A stretch of DNA of 64,000 bases from Raillietiella orientalis (lineage: Eukaryota). A program made the position numbers and the translations under genes. Of this stretch, positions 11,750 to 23,759 are shown in pieces (within the stretch, counting starts at the first letter, position 1; every line of letters starts with the position of its first letter). The notes beneath the pieces were generated by a model. That model was not told the DNA's origin, did no database searches, and saw only the letters and a list, made by a program, of their open reading frames with translations. The stretch covers positions 1,488,001-1,552,000 of the forward strand of contig JAYWIR010000009.1 of assembly GCA_036172245.1 (NCBI GenBank). The letters run 5' to 3'.

Positions 11750-13250
11750 TCAGACGTCCGGGCAGGAGGCTGGCTTGGCGACCTGGACAGCAGCTTCTTC
11801 AGATTTAGCGGGGGAAGCACCAGCGCTCCGAGCAAGGGAAGGTTCATTGGACGCACTCGGAGCACCGCTGGGTCTCTCTTGAGCTGCGTCCTCTTGAGTT
11901 CTTAGGAAGCTTCGCTTTCTGGAAATCCCTCGGGGTGGCAAGCAGAGGAGGGCTCGCTCTGAAAGCAAAGGAAATGAATGGCGTTCACATCAGAGGGACT
12001 TGGACCAACAGTAGGATTTTCAAGGATGCATGCGCAGGAGTTCTCGAGTCTCCGGTCAGATGCAAGCAGGATGTGTCCTTGTAATCTCTCCCAACGGAGG
12101 AAGACCATCTGGATTTCTTCCACCGCTTTCGCAAGAACTTTGGACTTGTCCTCCTCCTTAGGGATCACTCATCCACGGCTTCACGGAGCTTTGTCACAAG
12201 ATGATCCTTGACCGGCTGCGAGGAGCAAAGGCTGCTGGCATGCGCGTTGCCAGCCATGGGGTCTCTCTTACATTGCGATTTCTTTCTGTCCGAGGCGTCC
12301 ACCTGACCGTCGAACCACTTCCTCCCCGAGGTCTGGAAGATCGCTGGAACCATCGCCACCCGGCTTCAGAGAGGATCGCTTACACGGAAGAGGCGCGTGT
12401 AGGGCACCGCCGCCACCGCTGCTGCTGAAAGCTTCGCTGTGACTTTCGCGCTTTCCTGGGGGTGCCATTCGTCTTGTGTTTCGTAGCCTCTGGAGAGGAT
12501 CGAGTGCTGAAGGTGGGAGGGCCGGCGGAAACCATCACGGAGGAGATGAGCACAGAGGGGAGCCAAAATCTCGGCTTAGTGACTCGCCAGTGGTCTCTTC
12601 CTTGCACTTTCATCCTCCGTTCAGTCTTCTCTTGATCCTTTCGAGCTGTCCCTTGTGTGTCGTGTACTCTGCTCTCAAACACCAAGATGGCTTCCTGGTA
12701 TCTGATCAGCTCTCTCAGCTTCGAGGACCGTCTTTTTGTAGACGGCCTTTCCTAGCCAACGAAACCCTGCAAATCCTCACGCTCTTCATTCCCCCGAGAT
12801 GAAGAAGACCTCCTTCTCCAGAGATGCTTCGTTCAAAGATCCTTGGAAGATGTGGATCGAGTTCTCCCGAATGCATGCGTCTTTTCCTTCGTCCTGAGGG
12901 CGCCCTGAAAGAGGAAGAGGAGGTCCCTCGATGATCCGCGACCATGTCCTCGATGGCCTCGCCCCTCCTTTTCAAGAAGAGGTTGAAAATCATTGGTCTT
13001 TCTCTCCTTCCGTTCCCTTCCCTCCCCTCCTGCTTGGAAGGGAGGATAGAGAAACTCGGTGGCTTCGATCAAGGGTGCCGACTCACCGCTTTCGACCCAT
13101 CGCTGAGCTTAGATGGTGCATCGATGTGGACAGCACGCCGGAGGGCTCTCGACCTACGTCGGTTTTGCTGCTTGCTGGTGATGGGACCAGAAGACGAAGC
13201 TCTCGGAAAGGAAGGGGAACGAGTCCATGGTACTTCCTCGAAGAGCGTCG
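11750..13250 (-). mobile_element. Decayed DIRS1-type gag (ORF1) fragment
   Basis: NDF / FNLFLKRRGEAIEDM (cf. DF..F.ELLKRMAEAL) at ~12950-13000, and KDHLVTKL...VIPKEEDKSKVLAKAVE across a frameshift at ~12165 (cf. gag PKD.EDK+LD segment). Confidence 0.45.
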
Positions 13251-14549
13251 GCATCCCGGCAACCCTTCTGATCTGGAGGCGAGAGGGGATGAATTCCCGC
13301 CTGGGACGAGGCAGGAATGCGAGACCGGAAGAATGCCAGACGAAAAGAAAGAAGGGCGGAACGGCGAAGCGTTTCCACGGATACGGAGCTATCGGTAGAG
13401 AGGCGAATCTCTTGGTGAATTTCGCCGCCGCCGCCTCTCCTGCCTCGTTCCGGTCACCACTGGTGCAAGAGAAACAGAGAAGACACCGTTCCGCCATCAG
13501 GAAGTGGTGCGTGCAGCTCGCGCCACTGCCCTCCGAATGGAGCTGTGAACAGACCAGTGGGTTCCACGGCTGCGCTCCTCCTCCTCAGCTCCGCAACGAC
13601 GGGATTGCTCGCTGCCACCCCGCCCTCAAAACCCCGGAACCAAACGCAGCATTCAGGTTGGAAGCTTGCTGAAGCATCGCGTGACCGCCGAAGGAACTCG
13701 CCATGGCAACGGGGAGGGTGGTTCCCACACGTGCGAAGCCGCATCCATAATGGAGCTGCCCACGCATCGCTGTGCAGAAATCGTTTCCTTGCCCCTCCCT
13801 GCCGCCTTGCAACGGGTCCCGCCTAGTGCAAGGGACTGCCTCCCGAAGCATTAGCGGCCGCCTGGGTCCAACTGGACGTGTCCAGGTGAATGGCGCCGTC
13901 TTGTTCCCAGTCTGAGAACCTGGGATCTTTCCGAGGCGCGAGCCCCGAGTTCATTAGCAGAGGGATAGGCCTCTGCTTCCCGTCCTACGCTCATCCTCAG
14001 GATTTTCTTTGCCAGTAACCGGTCCAATGATCGCGGAGTATTTTGGAGACCATCAGGAGAAAACGTCTGCGCATCCCCCGCCTTCAAATTCATGGGCGAG
14101 GCTGTTAGATCGGTTCCCCTCCGTCTTCTCCTCTTCCTCCTCCATTCTTCCGCTATCTCATCAGTTCATCTTGCTCACGGGCATCTTATTACATAGACGT
14201 TCTGCAGCGCATTCCCCTGAGAAGGACTCTTGGAGGGCAAAGAGAAGGTAAGACCGCTCTGGAGCCTCTCGCAAGACATCCTCCTCTTCCTTTTCCCTTC
14301 CTCCCTCAGGTTTGCGATCTCCGGGAGACTCGGGAATGCAGTTTTCCTGGTCTGGACGAGTTCTCGAATCTCTCCCATTTCGAAGCGGCGAAGGCCGTCC
14401 TCCTCCTCCCCAAGAGACAGGGCGGGCAGGCAGCAGGTCCTCGAAAATGTACAGAGTAAGAAAAGAGAGGAGGAGAAGAACAGCTTCTTGGCTCCCCAGG
14501 GATTTCAACTGCACTCTCCACTCGCTTCCTCAGAGGTGCCTCGCCGCCA

Positions 14550-15624
14550 GTGGCGCGTATCCTCAAAAATTTCAGGGAAACCTACACTTGGACGGAAACT
14601 CGGTCTCGCGATGATGAGGATGCGACTCCTGGTTGCGTGCCTCGTGAAGGAGCACCCCACACTCAAAAAGAGAGAGGAGGGACCTTGGCTGGTCCAGAGA
14701 TTCTATCTTTGTTTGATTAAGGGAAGCATGGTAACGGAAGAAAGGGAGGACTTTCCATCCTCTTTACCATTTTTCCTACTTTCTTCACGTGAGTTTATTC
14801 ATTTTCTAAGGACGTCCATTCCTTCATATGGCCTCATCGACCGCTTCGCGTGGTCGGTCGTTTTCGTCCTCTCATAGCTGAAGGAGGGCATCAACATCAG
14901 TGGATATCCTAGTAGGTGAGTCCACTATACTTCTCTCATAGAACGGATACAGGATGCGACCACCAGATATCCCACCCTGTCTGCATACTTTCGGGGACTT
15001 TTTAGATTCCAGAGAGCTGCGTCGTTCAACGGATCTCGTGTTCCTAACGGTCCAATAGCAAGCGCATACATCCTCGTTTTCGTCCCTTTCTGGGACAGCT
15101 TCATGGCGACGTCCCCATATTTCCTCTTCTCTTCTCTTCTGAAGGTCTCCTCCTCATTCTCAAAGGGGCAATTAACGTTCGGCACTAACCTCCTGTTGTT
15201 CTTCTGTAGCACTACATCCGACCCCAGTGGGGAATCAAACTCTTTGGATTGCAGGAATCAGAGTCCACCCTGCTATCACATGGACGGATGCTGGATTTCA
15301 TCTTCTGACGATCGCATCATCCCTGGCTGTGTATAGGCGAGTTTGTCATGGAATGGTTTCTTATAGAAGGCAGTGTCGCGTTCCATAATCAGGGCCGTTG
15401 GAACAGAGTTTTTCAAGAGTAGGGACCGATCTGAAGAGCCGTCCATTGAGGGCTGGAGCGCTACGTCGCTCCCGGTATCTCTGCTCGGCTCAACCAGGCC
15501 GACTAAAGACGGTGGGGCGATGGGCAACGTGGGCAAAGAGGACAGGAAAATACTCCTCGGAGAGTCCCAGGCTTACGAGAGCCCCTCCCTCCCTCTCTGT
15601 ATCTCTGCTGTCTCTCTCACGAGC
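14550..15624 (+). mobile_element. Decayed DIRS1-type reverse transcriptase; 5' part of an element interrupted by the 899-bp duplication
   Basis: QRFYLCL / GRKGGLSIL (~14700-14760; cf. GFYS...KKDGGLRPIL); ERIQDATTRYPTLSAYFRGLFRF 14941-15009 (cf. DLQDAYFHIPI..HRKFLRF); HYIRPQWGIKLF from 15210 and YHMDGCWI (cf. YLR.QGI.LFPYLDDWLI); RKILLGE (cf. RLLG.M). Confidence 0.7.
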
Positions 15625-16523
15625 GAGGTTCCTCTGAGAAACGGGATCACTGGCCGAGCGAGAGGTACCACTCGTGCCGGGGCGTCCGCGTCCGTGGAGG
15701 CGCCCGCGTCTTCTCCCTAGACGGGAAGACGCGGGACCTCAGAATCTTCGCCTCCTTCCTCTCAGAACGAAGCGCGGGATCTTCACCAGCCGACGGCGGA
15801 AGTGACGACGCTCCGGCGTCCGTCCGGGGGACGCTTCGGCGCGGACAGAAGGCAGGCGGCGCCAGAGAACATACTGCGCGAAGCCAAGAGCGCGGCACGC
15901 GGGTGAAGGCCAGAGAGCGTCCAGGGATCACCCACGAACGGCGGACGACCCGCTCGGCAGGTGAGGCGGCGGAGGTCCTCTTCCTGCGATCCGGGAAGAA
16001 GGGGGCTGGGGGTAGGGCAGACGGGATTCGCGCGTCCCCACCGCCCCGCGCGAGAAGAGGGACCGCGGCCGTCGGACGGCCTCGGAGCGCGTGCGTGTCA
16101 CACGCTGACCTCGCACCCGCTTCCAGGGCGTGGAGCCCACCGTCGGAGGCAGAGGACGCGGTGCCGTGGTGGGTGGCGTACGCCGCTTCGAGCAGCAGCC
16201 CTTCGGCGTACGTCACGGGAGTTTCCGAAATCTTCGAGGAGGCGCCTCCGGTGGCAGGAAGGAGGGGACACCCACACGCTTGTCCCCGAGCAGCTCTTGC
16301 CAAGGAGAGCGACTGGTGCCCTACACAGGGTTGCGGAGGCAGAGCTGACTCCCATCCGCTAGACTGAACCGCCCCCTGATATCCTCCGTCCACCCCACGG
16401 CGGAACGTGGGTGAGGGTTTCACCTGCTGCCACGCAGCAGCAAGGCCAGCGAACCAGCCGCTGGAGCAGGTTTCGGAACGAGGACCCCTTTTCCGATGGG
16501 TATCGAGAGGGGGAAGGATGCTC
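15625..16523 (+). repeat. 899-bp direct repeat copy 1 (DIRS RNaseH/MT-derived; probably the inserted copy)
   Basis: Matches 38940-39838 at a constant offset of 23315. Only three substitutions seen by eye (15629, 15841, 16501). Identical ORF translations occur at both loci. Confidence 0.97.
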
Positions 16524-16950
16524 TCCACACCAACGGAAGCTGCACGCCTTTCGTGAAGGGAGCGTTCGGAGAACTGCGAACCCTCTGGAGAGCGACCCGT
16601 ATCTGGGAGAGCAGAGTAAATCGGCTCGGCTCCCGGAAAGGCTGATGGAAAGCCGTCTCGCGGATGATCCTGCTTCTTCCTTCCCCATCGTAGATGCTTA
16701 TCGCAGCAGGATGCTCGCTTTCGTTTTGCTCAGCATCCGATGCTTGAGATCTGGCGTTGCTGCACCGAAAAGGGCTTTGCTGGTTCCGTCTGGTCGTGGG
16801 AAACACGCATCATACGTCGGGACTTGGTTCATCCTGATCATGCCGTCGCTCTCCCGTATCGGATCCTGGAACGGACTCAGCCATCAGAGATCCAGATAAT
16901 TACCGGCTCATTTGTTTTGTCCAGCTTCCGGTGACTTCCAAGAACCTCCC
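16524..16950 (+). mobile_element. Decayed DIRS1-type connection/RNase H fragment; 3' continuation of the 14550-15624 element
   Basis: RKLHAF (cf. ARLHMR) directly after the repeat, IVDAYRS (cf. TTDAS), GKHASYVG (cf. HINVLE), AIRDPDN at ~16880 (cf. LIRTDN). Confidence 0.55.
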
Positions 16951-18057
16951 AGCTCCCATCCGAAAGATCCTAATCTAAGACGGGTGCTGCAAAAAAAGAA
17001 ATGCTTCGTGTGTTTCTCTCAGGATTTATGGAGTTTGATCTCTCTCGCCTCTGAGCTCCTTCCACTCTGAGCTGCCCCTCTTTGGAGCGAGTTCCGGCTC
17101 CCCCCCCCTCATCCTCCACTTCAGGTGATCGCGGCTGCCGATTTCCTGCTTCCAAGGAAGCTGTCGGCACATCTGCGAAGCCGGCCGGTCGGTCTTCACC
17201 CGAAATTGCCCTCCCACCCGCAACGCAGGACTGCGGCCTCCGCAGTCCTGCGTCTTTCCCAGGAGGGATGGAGAAGCCTCACGGCGTCTGGAGCTGGCTT
17301 GTTTGCTCGCGGCTCGCGGGCGCTACGCTACGGCGCTCCCTCGGATACCGACAGAAATCCTCTGTTTCGCTGTCGCTGCGAATTTTTTTCGCTGACGAAG
17401 AGCCTCGCGTCCGCTACGAGAACTGCAGAAGTCAAAGTCCGCCACGCCGCTAACCCATCTCCGTGCATCTGGATGAGCATCACCGCCGCATCCTCCCTTC
17501 CTTTCCGGCTCCCGGAGACTTATCCGTCCTCTGTTCTTCAGCCGTGTCCCAGTGTCATCGAGAATGCCGAAGTCGCCAGCCACACACCGGGGGAGGAAGG
17601 GGGGGGGGGAATATATCTCGTTACCCGCGCGCGCCCGCGCTTGCGCATGGAGGTTACTTGCCATGCCGTCGCGCGACACCTGCTTCAGTCACGCCGCCTC
17701 CTCACGCGCTCCTCTGTCTCCTGCACCCGCGCATCACTTTGCAGCACCAACGCGGGGGCTGCCAGCTCTCCCATCTTTCAGCGGTGGGACTTTGAAAAAT
17801 CGTGATGAGCACAATCAGCCTGGAAAAGTGCAGCCTATGCGACGGGGATGAAGTGGGATGTCCGATGGATGATGGATGGATTACGCAAGTTGCCTGTCGA
17901 CAGCTGGTAAAAAGTGACCCTCCTTAGGGGTGAACGAAGGCTCCTGAGGGTTCTTCTTGTGTATTAATTGTGGATCGGCGATGCAGACTCTTTTCTCAGC
18001 CATCTTTCTGAGCTCACCGGCTGAGGCGAGGGGGTCTTCAGCAAAGGGGAAAAGAAC

Positions 18058-19480
18058 ATGCCCTCCTGTTCCATTAAGCCTCTGTTTCACCAGGTCGCTC
18101 CTGCCATAAGTGATGGAACAGATGCACAAATCTCAAGATTGGAGTGCCCGCTGAGATTTTCTGCCCCCCCCCCCCTTCGCTCTCCCCGTCTTTTGCTGCG
18201 GAGTCTGCAACACACGAGGAGGACCAATCTGAATACTTCCAAAAGTGTAACTGCTTGCTCTTTCGTCGTTTGCAATCCAGCCGTTGTGCAGCCCCTGATG
18301 GATCACGTAGCCGAATCACACCGTTGCCTGGTCGACTCCTCTAGGCGGCAGGAGTTCCGAATGAGGAAGCTGCAGGAAGGAAATGCGACAGTCCTTTGAT
18401 AGGTTGCCTCTTTCCTGAGGCATCTGTTCTCACTTCTGGTAGACCGACCTTGGATCTCCTGCCTCCTCAAAATTGAAATTCCTGGCGGGAGGAGGCACTG
18501 AAGTCCAGGGTGGCTACTTTGGAAGGGTTCGTCCTCTGCAGAAACTCCTAGGCCAACCGCTGGGAGATCTCCTACAGGATTGTATGCAGTAGCCTCGGAT
18601 AGCCATCACACTCCTTGCCGCAGCACTGTCTGCCCTCAGGGCAAGCAATGACAGCAGTCAACCGGTAAGGTCAGAGTTCCCTTGCAAAATGGCAGGAGTC
18701 GAGAAACTCTCAGGAGGCTGCAAGGCGAGCGAGATGGCGGACGGCTCTACTCCTCGTTTCCGGGCCACTCCACCATAGGGGAGTGGCCTACTCGGCATGT
18801 CCCCCGGAGAACTCGCGGGCGGACGGACACCTCCGCGTTCCCGCTCCGCTGGAAAATTTTCAGGATGTCCTGCTGTTTCTACCACTGGGGATGCCCAGTG
18901 CGATGAGCACAGGCCTTCCGGGGGAATTGCCCTCTCCGAACTGTTTGCCCTGGAGGGCGTCTGGCGTCTGGCTTGCGGCACTTCGGCCCCGCGCGGTGGA
19001 CACCTCTTCGTACTTGCTGCGGCGCTCCTTCACGCAAGACGGACTGACGGCAGTGGATCGTTGCAACCACGGAAGGGCGCCGTGGTCGCAACGATCCACT
19101 GCCTCCGCGCTATGGTGGCAACCCGCTGTATGTTGGAGTTTGGTTTGCAGAGAAGGGAGGCCACCAGCAAGGCAGCTGCCTCGGTGCAGCCGAGGATGGT
19201 TGCAATGTGATGTCATCAGACAGAAGAAGTCATCAGCGAGATCGCCAGCACCTGCAGCCGCTTCCAGGAAGGAAGGGGCGGTTGCAACCAAAGACATCCG
19301 GAACTGCAGAACCAATATCCCTACCTTCTCATCTTTTTTTTTTATTTATTTATTGTTCCATCCCTCCGTTCCCTACTTTTTTTTAGGAGCCAGTATGCGG
19401 TGGTCATCCCCAATGGACTTCTTGAGGGAGTGTCTCTCGTATCTAGGGGATAGTGTTTCCTTATTCGTAGTTATTTTTTA
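18058..19480 (+). mobile_element. Decayed DIRS1-type RT-RNase H fragment
   Basis: ORF 18058..18399 SFVVCNPAVVQPLMD...HRCL...EFRMRKL (cf. FVVPKK.G..RPILDL..NR.L...FRMETL); TLEGFVLCRNS ~18515 (cf. LGFVIN..KS); QDGLTAVDRCNHGRAPWS...ALWWQ in ORF 18783..19481 (cf. SDN.TAV.YIN.QGG..S...LW.W). Confidence 0.6.
19049..19103. repeat. Near-perfect hairpin, 24-bp stem (one mismatch) and 7-nt loop
   Basis: GGCAGTGGATCGTTGCAACCACGG-aagggcg-CCGTGGTCGCAACGATCCACTGCC. Confidence 0.95.
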
Positions 19481-20279
19481 GACAAACGTCCCGGCGCGAC
19501 CGATTGCAAATCATAGGTTGCCTCTCTGATGTCTGGGGTCATTCGCTCTTTCCTCCTCTCCTGCTTTACCGATCTTCCGCATTTGGTTGGCGTTTGCACC
19601 GATCTTCCTTTCGTGCCTGCGCCCTTTCGCTGTGCAGTTCTCTTCCTCCAGTAGAAATTTCGTGCATCCCGGACTGCCTAGGAGACAGCTTTCCGCCTTC
19701 CCGGCCGGAAGGAATGCGATCTTTGTTTTGTTCGCTCTTGAGCTGCCATCGCCACCTCGTCTTTTCCTTGCATCCTTTGATCCCTGTGAGGCAGAGGAGC
19801 CTCTGGAAACCGCTCTCCCGCGGTATCGGACAAAGTGGCATCGGCAGCGCGCTGGCGCTGTCAGCGCACGGCGCCGGTCGGCGAAGAATGCTGCTGCTGG
19901 CGTTGCTGCGCGCTCGGCTGCCACGGTCTGCAGGACGGGAAATCAAAGCGCGAAGCAGAGGAAAGGAAAGTCACCGTGCGGGCGAGCGATTTTCAGAGAC
20001 GCGCATCCCGAATGCCCCGGAGCATTGAATGAGAGGTCCCCGAAAACACGGCAAGCAAGCGGTGTTTTCAGGAACATGAGGTGCTCTCGCCTTCATCCTA
20101 TGAAGCACTGCTACCTACTTCCCCAGTGCACGGCCTTGCTGGCTCTCCACTGCAAAAACCACTACCACAGCCTTTTCTCCCTCTCAGCCCTCTGGGATCC
20201 CTCACATCTGTTTAAGGAAAAAAAAAAAAAGCAAAATAAAATGAAAAGGACTCTCTATATGCGCGCCTCCTTCCGAACG

Positions 20280-20964
20280 GAAGCTCTCTTTGCGTTCCGA
20301 AAGAAAGAGTGCTTTTATGCGGAAGGATGCTCTCAGGAAAAGGGTTTCTCTAAGAAATAAATTTCGCCGATCACGAGAGATTCTGGCTCGATGACCTATT
20401 GCCTTATCCAAGTCGGGAAGGTCGTCGCTAGCGAGGCCCACACCGCCGCCCTTCCTGAGACAGGATGCAGCGCTGCATCTTGCAGATAGGCTGCGAGCAG
20501 CAGCAGCGCTCGGAAGCCGCCTTCCCGTAAGGACCCACGCGCCCAGGGAAGTCGACGCGCTCTCTCCTTCGTCCCGAGCGTCGGAGGAGCCTCGAACTGA
20601 GGGCAGGGGCGAGAATCGCGCTTGCTCTCAGCCCGAGGGAACCGCATCATCCCCAGAAGGAACGCCCGCGCGCCCAGACGGCGTCCAGTCCACGCTCGCG
20701 GCCCATCCCGCGGCACGTCGCCGAGCCCACGACTGGAGATGCGCGCCAGTGCCACGATCGCCAGCGTTCGGCGGAGAAGCGTCGGAAAGAAGGGCTCCTT
20801 CTCCGCTGCCCGCACCTGCCTGGCGGCGGGACTTCGGTCGCCGGCCCGAGACGGCTCGCGGGCGCTCGGTGGCAAGGAGCTGGACGGGGGTGCGGGTCGT
20901 TCCAGGATGGCTTCGGCTGCCTCCACCGCCCCTTCGGGCATCCCACCCAGAGGCCGAGTGCTCC
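20280..20964 (-). mobile_element. Decayed DIRS1-type gag C-terminal fragment; source copy of the inverted duplication
   Basis: ORF 20396..20941(-) has RRTLAIVALAR and LLAAYLQDAALH...WIRQ*, continuing past the repeat edge as VIEPES...LEKPFS*E (cf. WLRQW.AD..SK..L..PF.G..LFG). Confidence 0.55.
20402..20964 (-). repeat. Inverted repeat arm A (~560 bp)
   Basis: The reverse complement aligns to 22926-23541 with scattered substitutions and small indels. Near-identical ORF translations appear on opposite strands. Confidence 0.95.
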
Positions 20965-21779
20965 CAAGAAAGCAAGGTTCCGGGGACTTTGTCTCTCAAG
21001 AGTACAGGGTTCCTAACGGGACGCTTTTCGTTCTGTCGATTCTTTCAAGGCTTTTACCTGTGTTGCTGCTTTCTGCAAGAGGGAATGAGGAGCAGCCAGT
21101 TGAGCCACAGCTGCTGCAGCAGAAGCTGCTTCCCCGCATGGAGCAAGACGGTGCTGCAAGAGAAGGCTTGACCTTTTCTTTCTTTTGCCATTGATCTTCC
21201 CTCGATTTCTTGCTTCTAGTGGGTGCTTCCCGTCTCCCCTTCCGTGTGGAAGCCTCGTGGATCGATGCTGTGCCACGTTTTTGTCCACGCAAGGGCCATC
21301 AAGTGGAAGGCACGAAGGGAAAGCTGAGCGCGTCCCGTTTTTGGCAGATGCTTATCCCCCCTCCCCCCTCCCCATGCCGTTCGGAAAACGTTTCCGGCAG
21401 GCAAACCTGCGACTCCCTGTTTATCGATTCCCATTTTTTTTTTTTTTTTTCCTTTTCGTATGTTCCAGAAAACAATTTCCACCACTCCTCGTGATTATCG
21501 GTTGATTGGATGCCATTGGGACCCAAAACGCCCAGCTTTGGGAACGTTGCTAAACGAAAACGGAATTTGGCGACAGTACAAATCTCAATCGAGAGCAAGG
21601 AATTTGAGGTTCTTCCGCAGCATCCGATCCCTCTCGGGGCTGGAGCAACGTTGCAGACAGCACGACAGCGTGCTCCTCCACGTAAAAGCAAAGACCTGCT
21701 TGGATGCTGGACGCATTTCGAGATTCCTTTTCCTGTGATGAGAGGCCACGGTGGCTCGATTTGAGGACACCACCTTCCA

Positions 21780-22400
21780 CGAAGCTCGCGCTGACGAGGG
21801 ATGCTGTGCAGTTTTCCTTGCGCCGTCCAGATTAAGGACGGAAAAACGATCCGTCCTCGCAATCTCTTCTGGAAAGTGGGCAAGGAAGGATCTCGGCAAA
21901 ACTTCCAAGGGTTATGAGTGATTCCACTCACCCTTTGAGCTCCTCGGGAGCGAAAGCACTGAAGAAATAAAGGGCGCGATCGTGATCTGTCCGCTTTCCC
22001 GCTTTGCTTTGGACCAGACTTTTGCCATGCTCTGAGGAAGGTCTTGTCTCCTCGAATGATTTCGTGAAGAGATGAATTCCACCGTCAGTCCGGAGGTCAC
22101 CGTGGGGTTCGTGGCTCGGGTGGGAAGAAAGTGGATTCTCTGGCTTGCAGCCAAGTCCACAGCATCCAAGCCAGTCAAGAGCAGCACCGGGAGAGTTGAG
22201 TTGGGGTAAATTCCATTCCCCCGTGCATGCGGCATCATCAGCAATGCGTGTAAGCCCTGAGGAGATCTGTGGGCACGAAGCAGCCTCTCTCGGGGCTCGT
22301 GACCGCTTCGCAGATACTTCCGAACAATTCCTGTCTGTCCGCCGGCATGGTGCGCATGCGCTCACACAACTCCTCCACTGGCTGCTTCTGACTGTCTGAA
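21780..22400 (+). mobile_element. Decayed DIRS1-type tyrosine recombinase, C-terminal half
   Basis: KLPRVMSDSTH ~21899-21931 (cf. FLPKVVSDFH); FHSPVHAASSAMRVSPEEICG in ORF 22145..22399 (cf. HSTR.AA.S.A....VS.EEIC.AA.W). An NRF1-type TGCGCATGCGC at 22351-22361 follows. Confidence 0.65.
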
Positions 22401-22925
22401 TTTCAAGGAAGCTGGAAACAGCGTTGGGCAGGGGAGCAAAGGTCATTACAGACGTGAGCTAACGAGACTCCAGGTGTCCTCTCAGGAATGATGGAGGAGC
22501 AATCGGATCACGAGCGCGCTGAAGAAACGGCTCCCAGCATCGAATTCTTTTACGGATCCGAGCAAGGACCACAGCCTTCAGCTAGGTTCAACAGGTGATG
22601 CCGAAACAGCCACAAGGGATCGAGTCACAAAGGGAGCGGAAATGGCAGAGGCAACGAAAGCAGAAAATAGCGGGCTGTTTCGACACCACGTGAAAGCAAT
22701 CTAATGCTGGCATTCCCGGAATTTCGTGAACACCCAGCGACTTTCGGGAACTCGAGTATTCCGTGATCCAAAAAATTCTCGGGTCGACTTTCCTTCCCGG
22801 AGTGCTCCCGTTTTTAGCCATCAGTTGCGCCCCTTGTTGGCTGTCTGCGTCTAAAACTGCCGCGGGCCATAAGCCCTGGAGATGGGCAGTGCAAGAAGAC
22901 CGGAAAGTGTCGCGCGCCGATGTGC

Positions 22926-23541
22926 GGAGTGCTCAGCCTCTGGGCGGGATGCCCGAAGGAGCGGTGGAGGCAGCCGAAGCCATCCTGGAACGACCCGCAC
23001 CCCCGTCCAGCTCGAGGCCGTTTCGCTCGCTGCGCCCGCGACCACGCTCACGACTCGCTGAGACTTTCCCGGGCGCCGCCACTGAGCGCCCGCGAGCTGT
23101 CTCGGGCCGGCGACCGAAGTCCCGCCTCCAGGCAGGTGCGGGCAGCGGAGAAGGAGCCCTTCTTTCCGACGCTTCTCCGCCGAACGCTGGCGATCGTGGC
23201 ACTGGCGCGCATCTCCAGTCGTGGGCTCGGCGACGTGCCGCGGGATGGACCGCGAGCGTGGACTGGACGCCGTCTGGGCGCGCGGGCGTTCCTTCTGGGG
23301 ATGATGCGGTTCCCTCGGGCTGAGAGCAAGCGCGATTCTCGCCCCTGCCCTCAGTCCGAGGCTCCTCCGACGCTCGGGACGGAGGAGAGAGCGCGTCGAC
23401 TTCCTTCGGAGCGTGGGTCCTTACAGGCTGCGAGCGCTGCTGCTGCTCGCAGCCTATCTGCAAGATGCAGCGCTGCATCCTGTCTCGGGAAGGACTGCGG
23501 TGTGGACCTCGCTAGCGACGACCTTCCCGACTCGGACGAGG
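22926..23541 (+). repeat. Inverted repeat arm B (~615 bp, including ~60 extra bp at ~23014-23074)
   Basis: Reverse-complement match to 20402-20964. Confidence 0.95.
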
Positions 23542-23759
23542 AGTACCACTGACATCTGGTGGGAGGGATTGAGGTGAAATATTTCGCTACGGAAGCTGAA
23601 AGGAATGGGTTGGTGGATACAAGTGGATGGAGGCTTTTCCCGGGTGTTGGTTTTCCACCTCGATGGGAGACGGAGGCCCAACCCGAAGCTGTCTTTTCCT
23701 GGACCAAACCAGGATTTCGGTTTTGCTTTTGGGGAAGCGTGGAGGGTGGGCAGAACTCT

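Noticed and set aside
12060..12215. bHLH-like KLREAV...DKSKVLAKAVEEIQ, or a programmed frameshift at ~12165
   Set aside because: No basic region or intact ORF; it lies within a gag-like relic, so the frameshift is ordinary decay.
20402..23541. Intact non-autonomous DIRS element with true inverted terminal repeats
   Set aside because: The arms are gag-derived, gag homology continues beyond arm A, and the arms are much younger than the enclosed YR relic.
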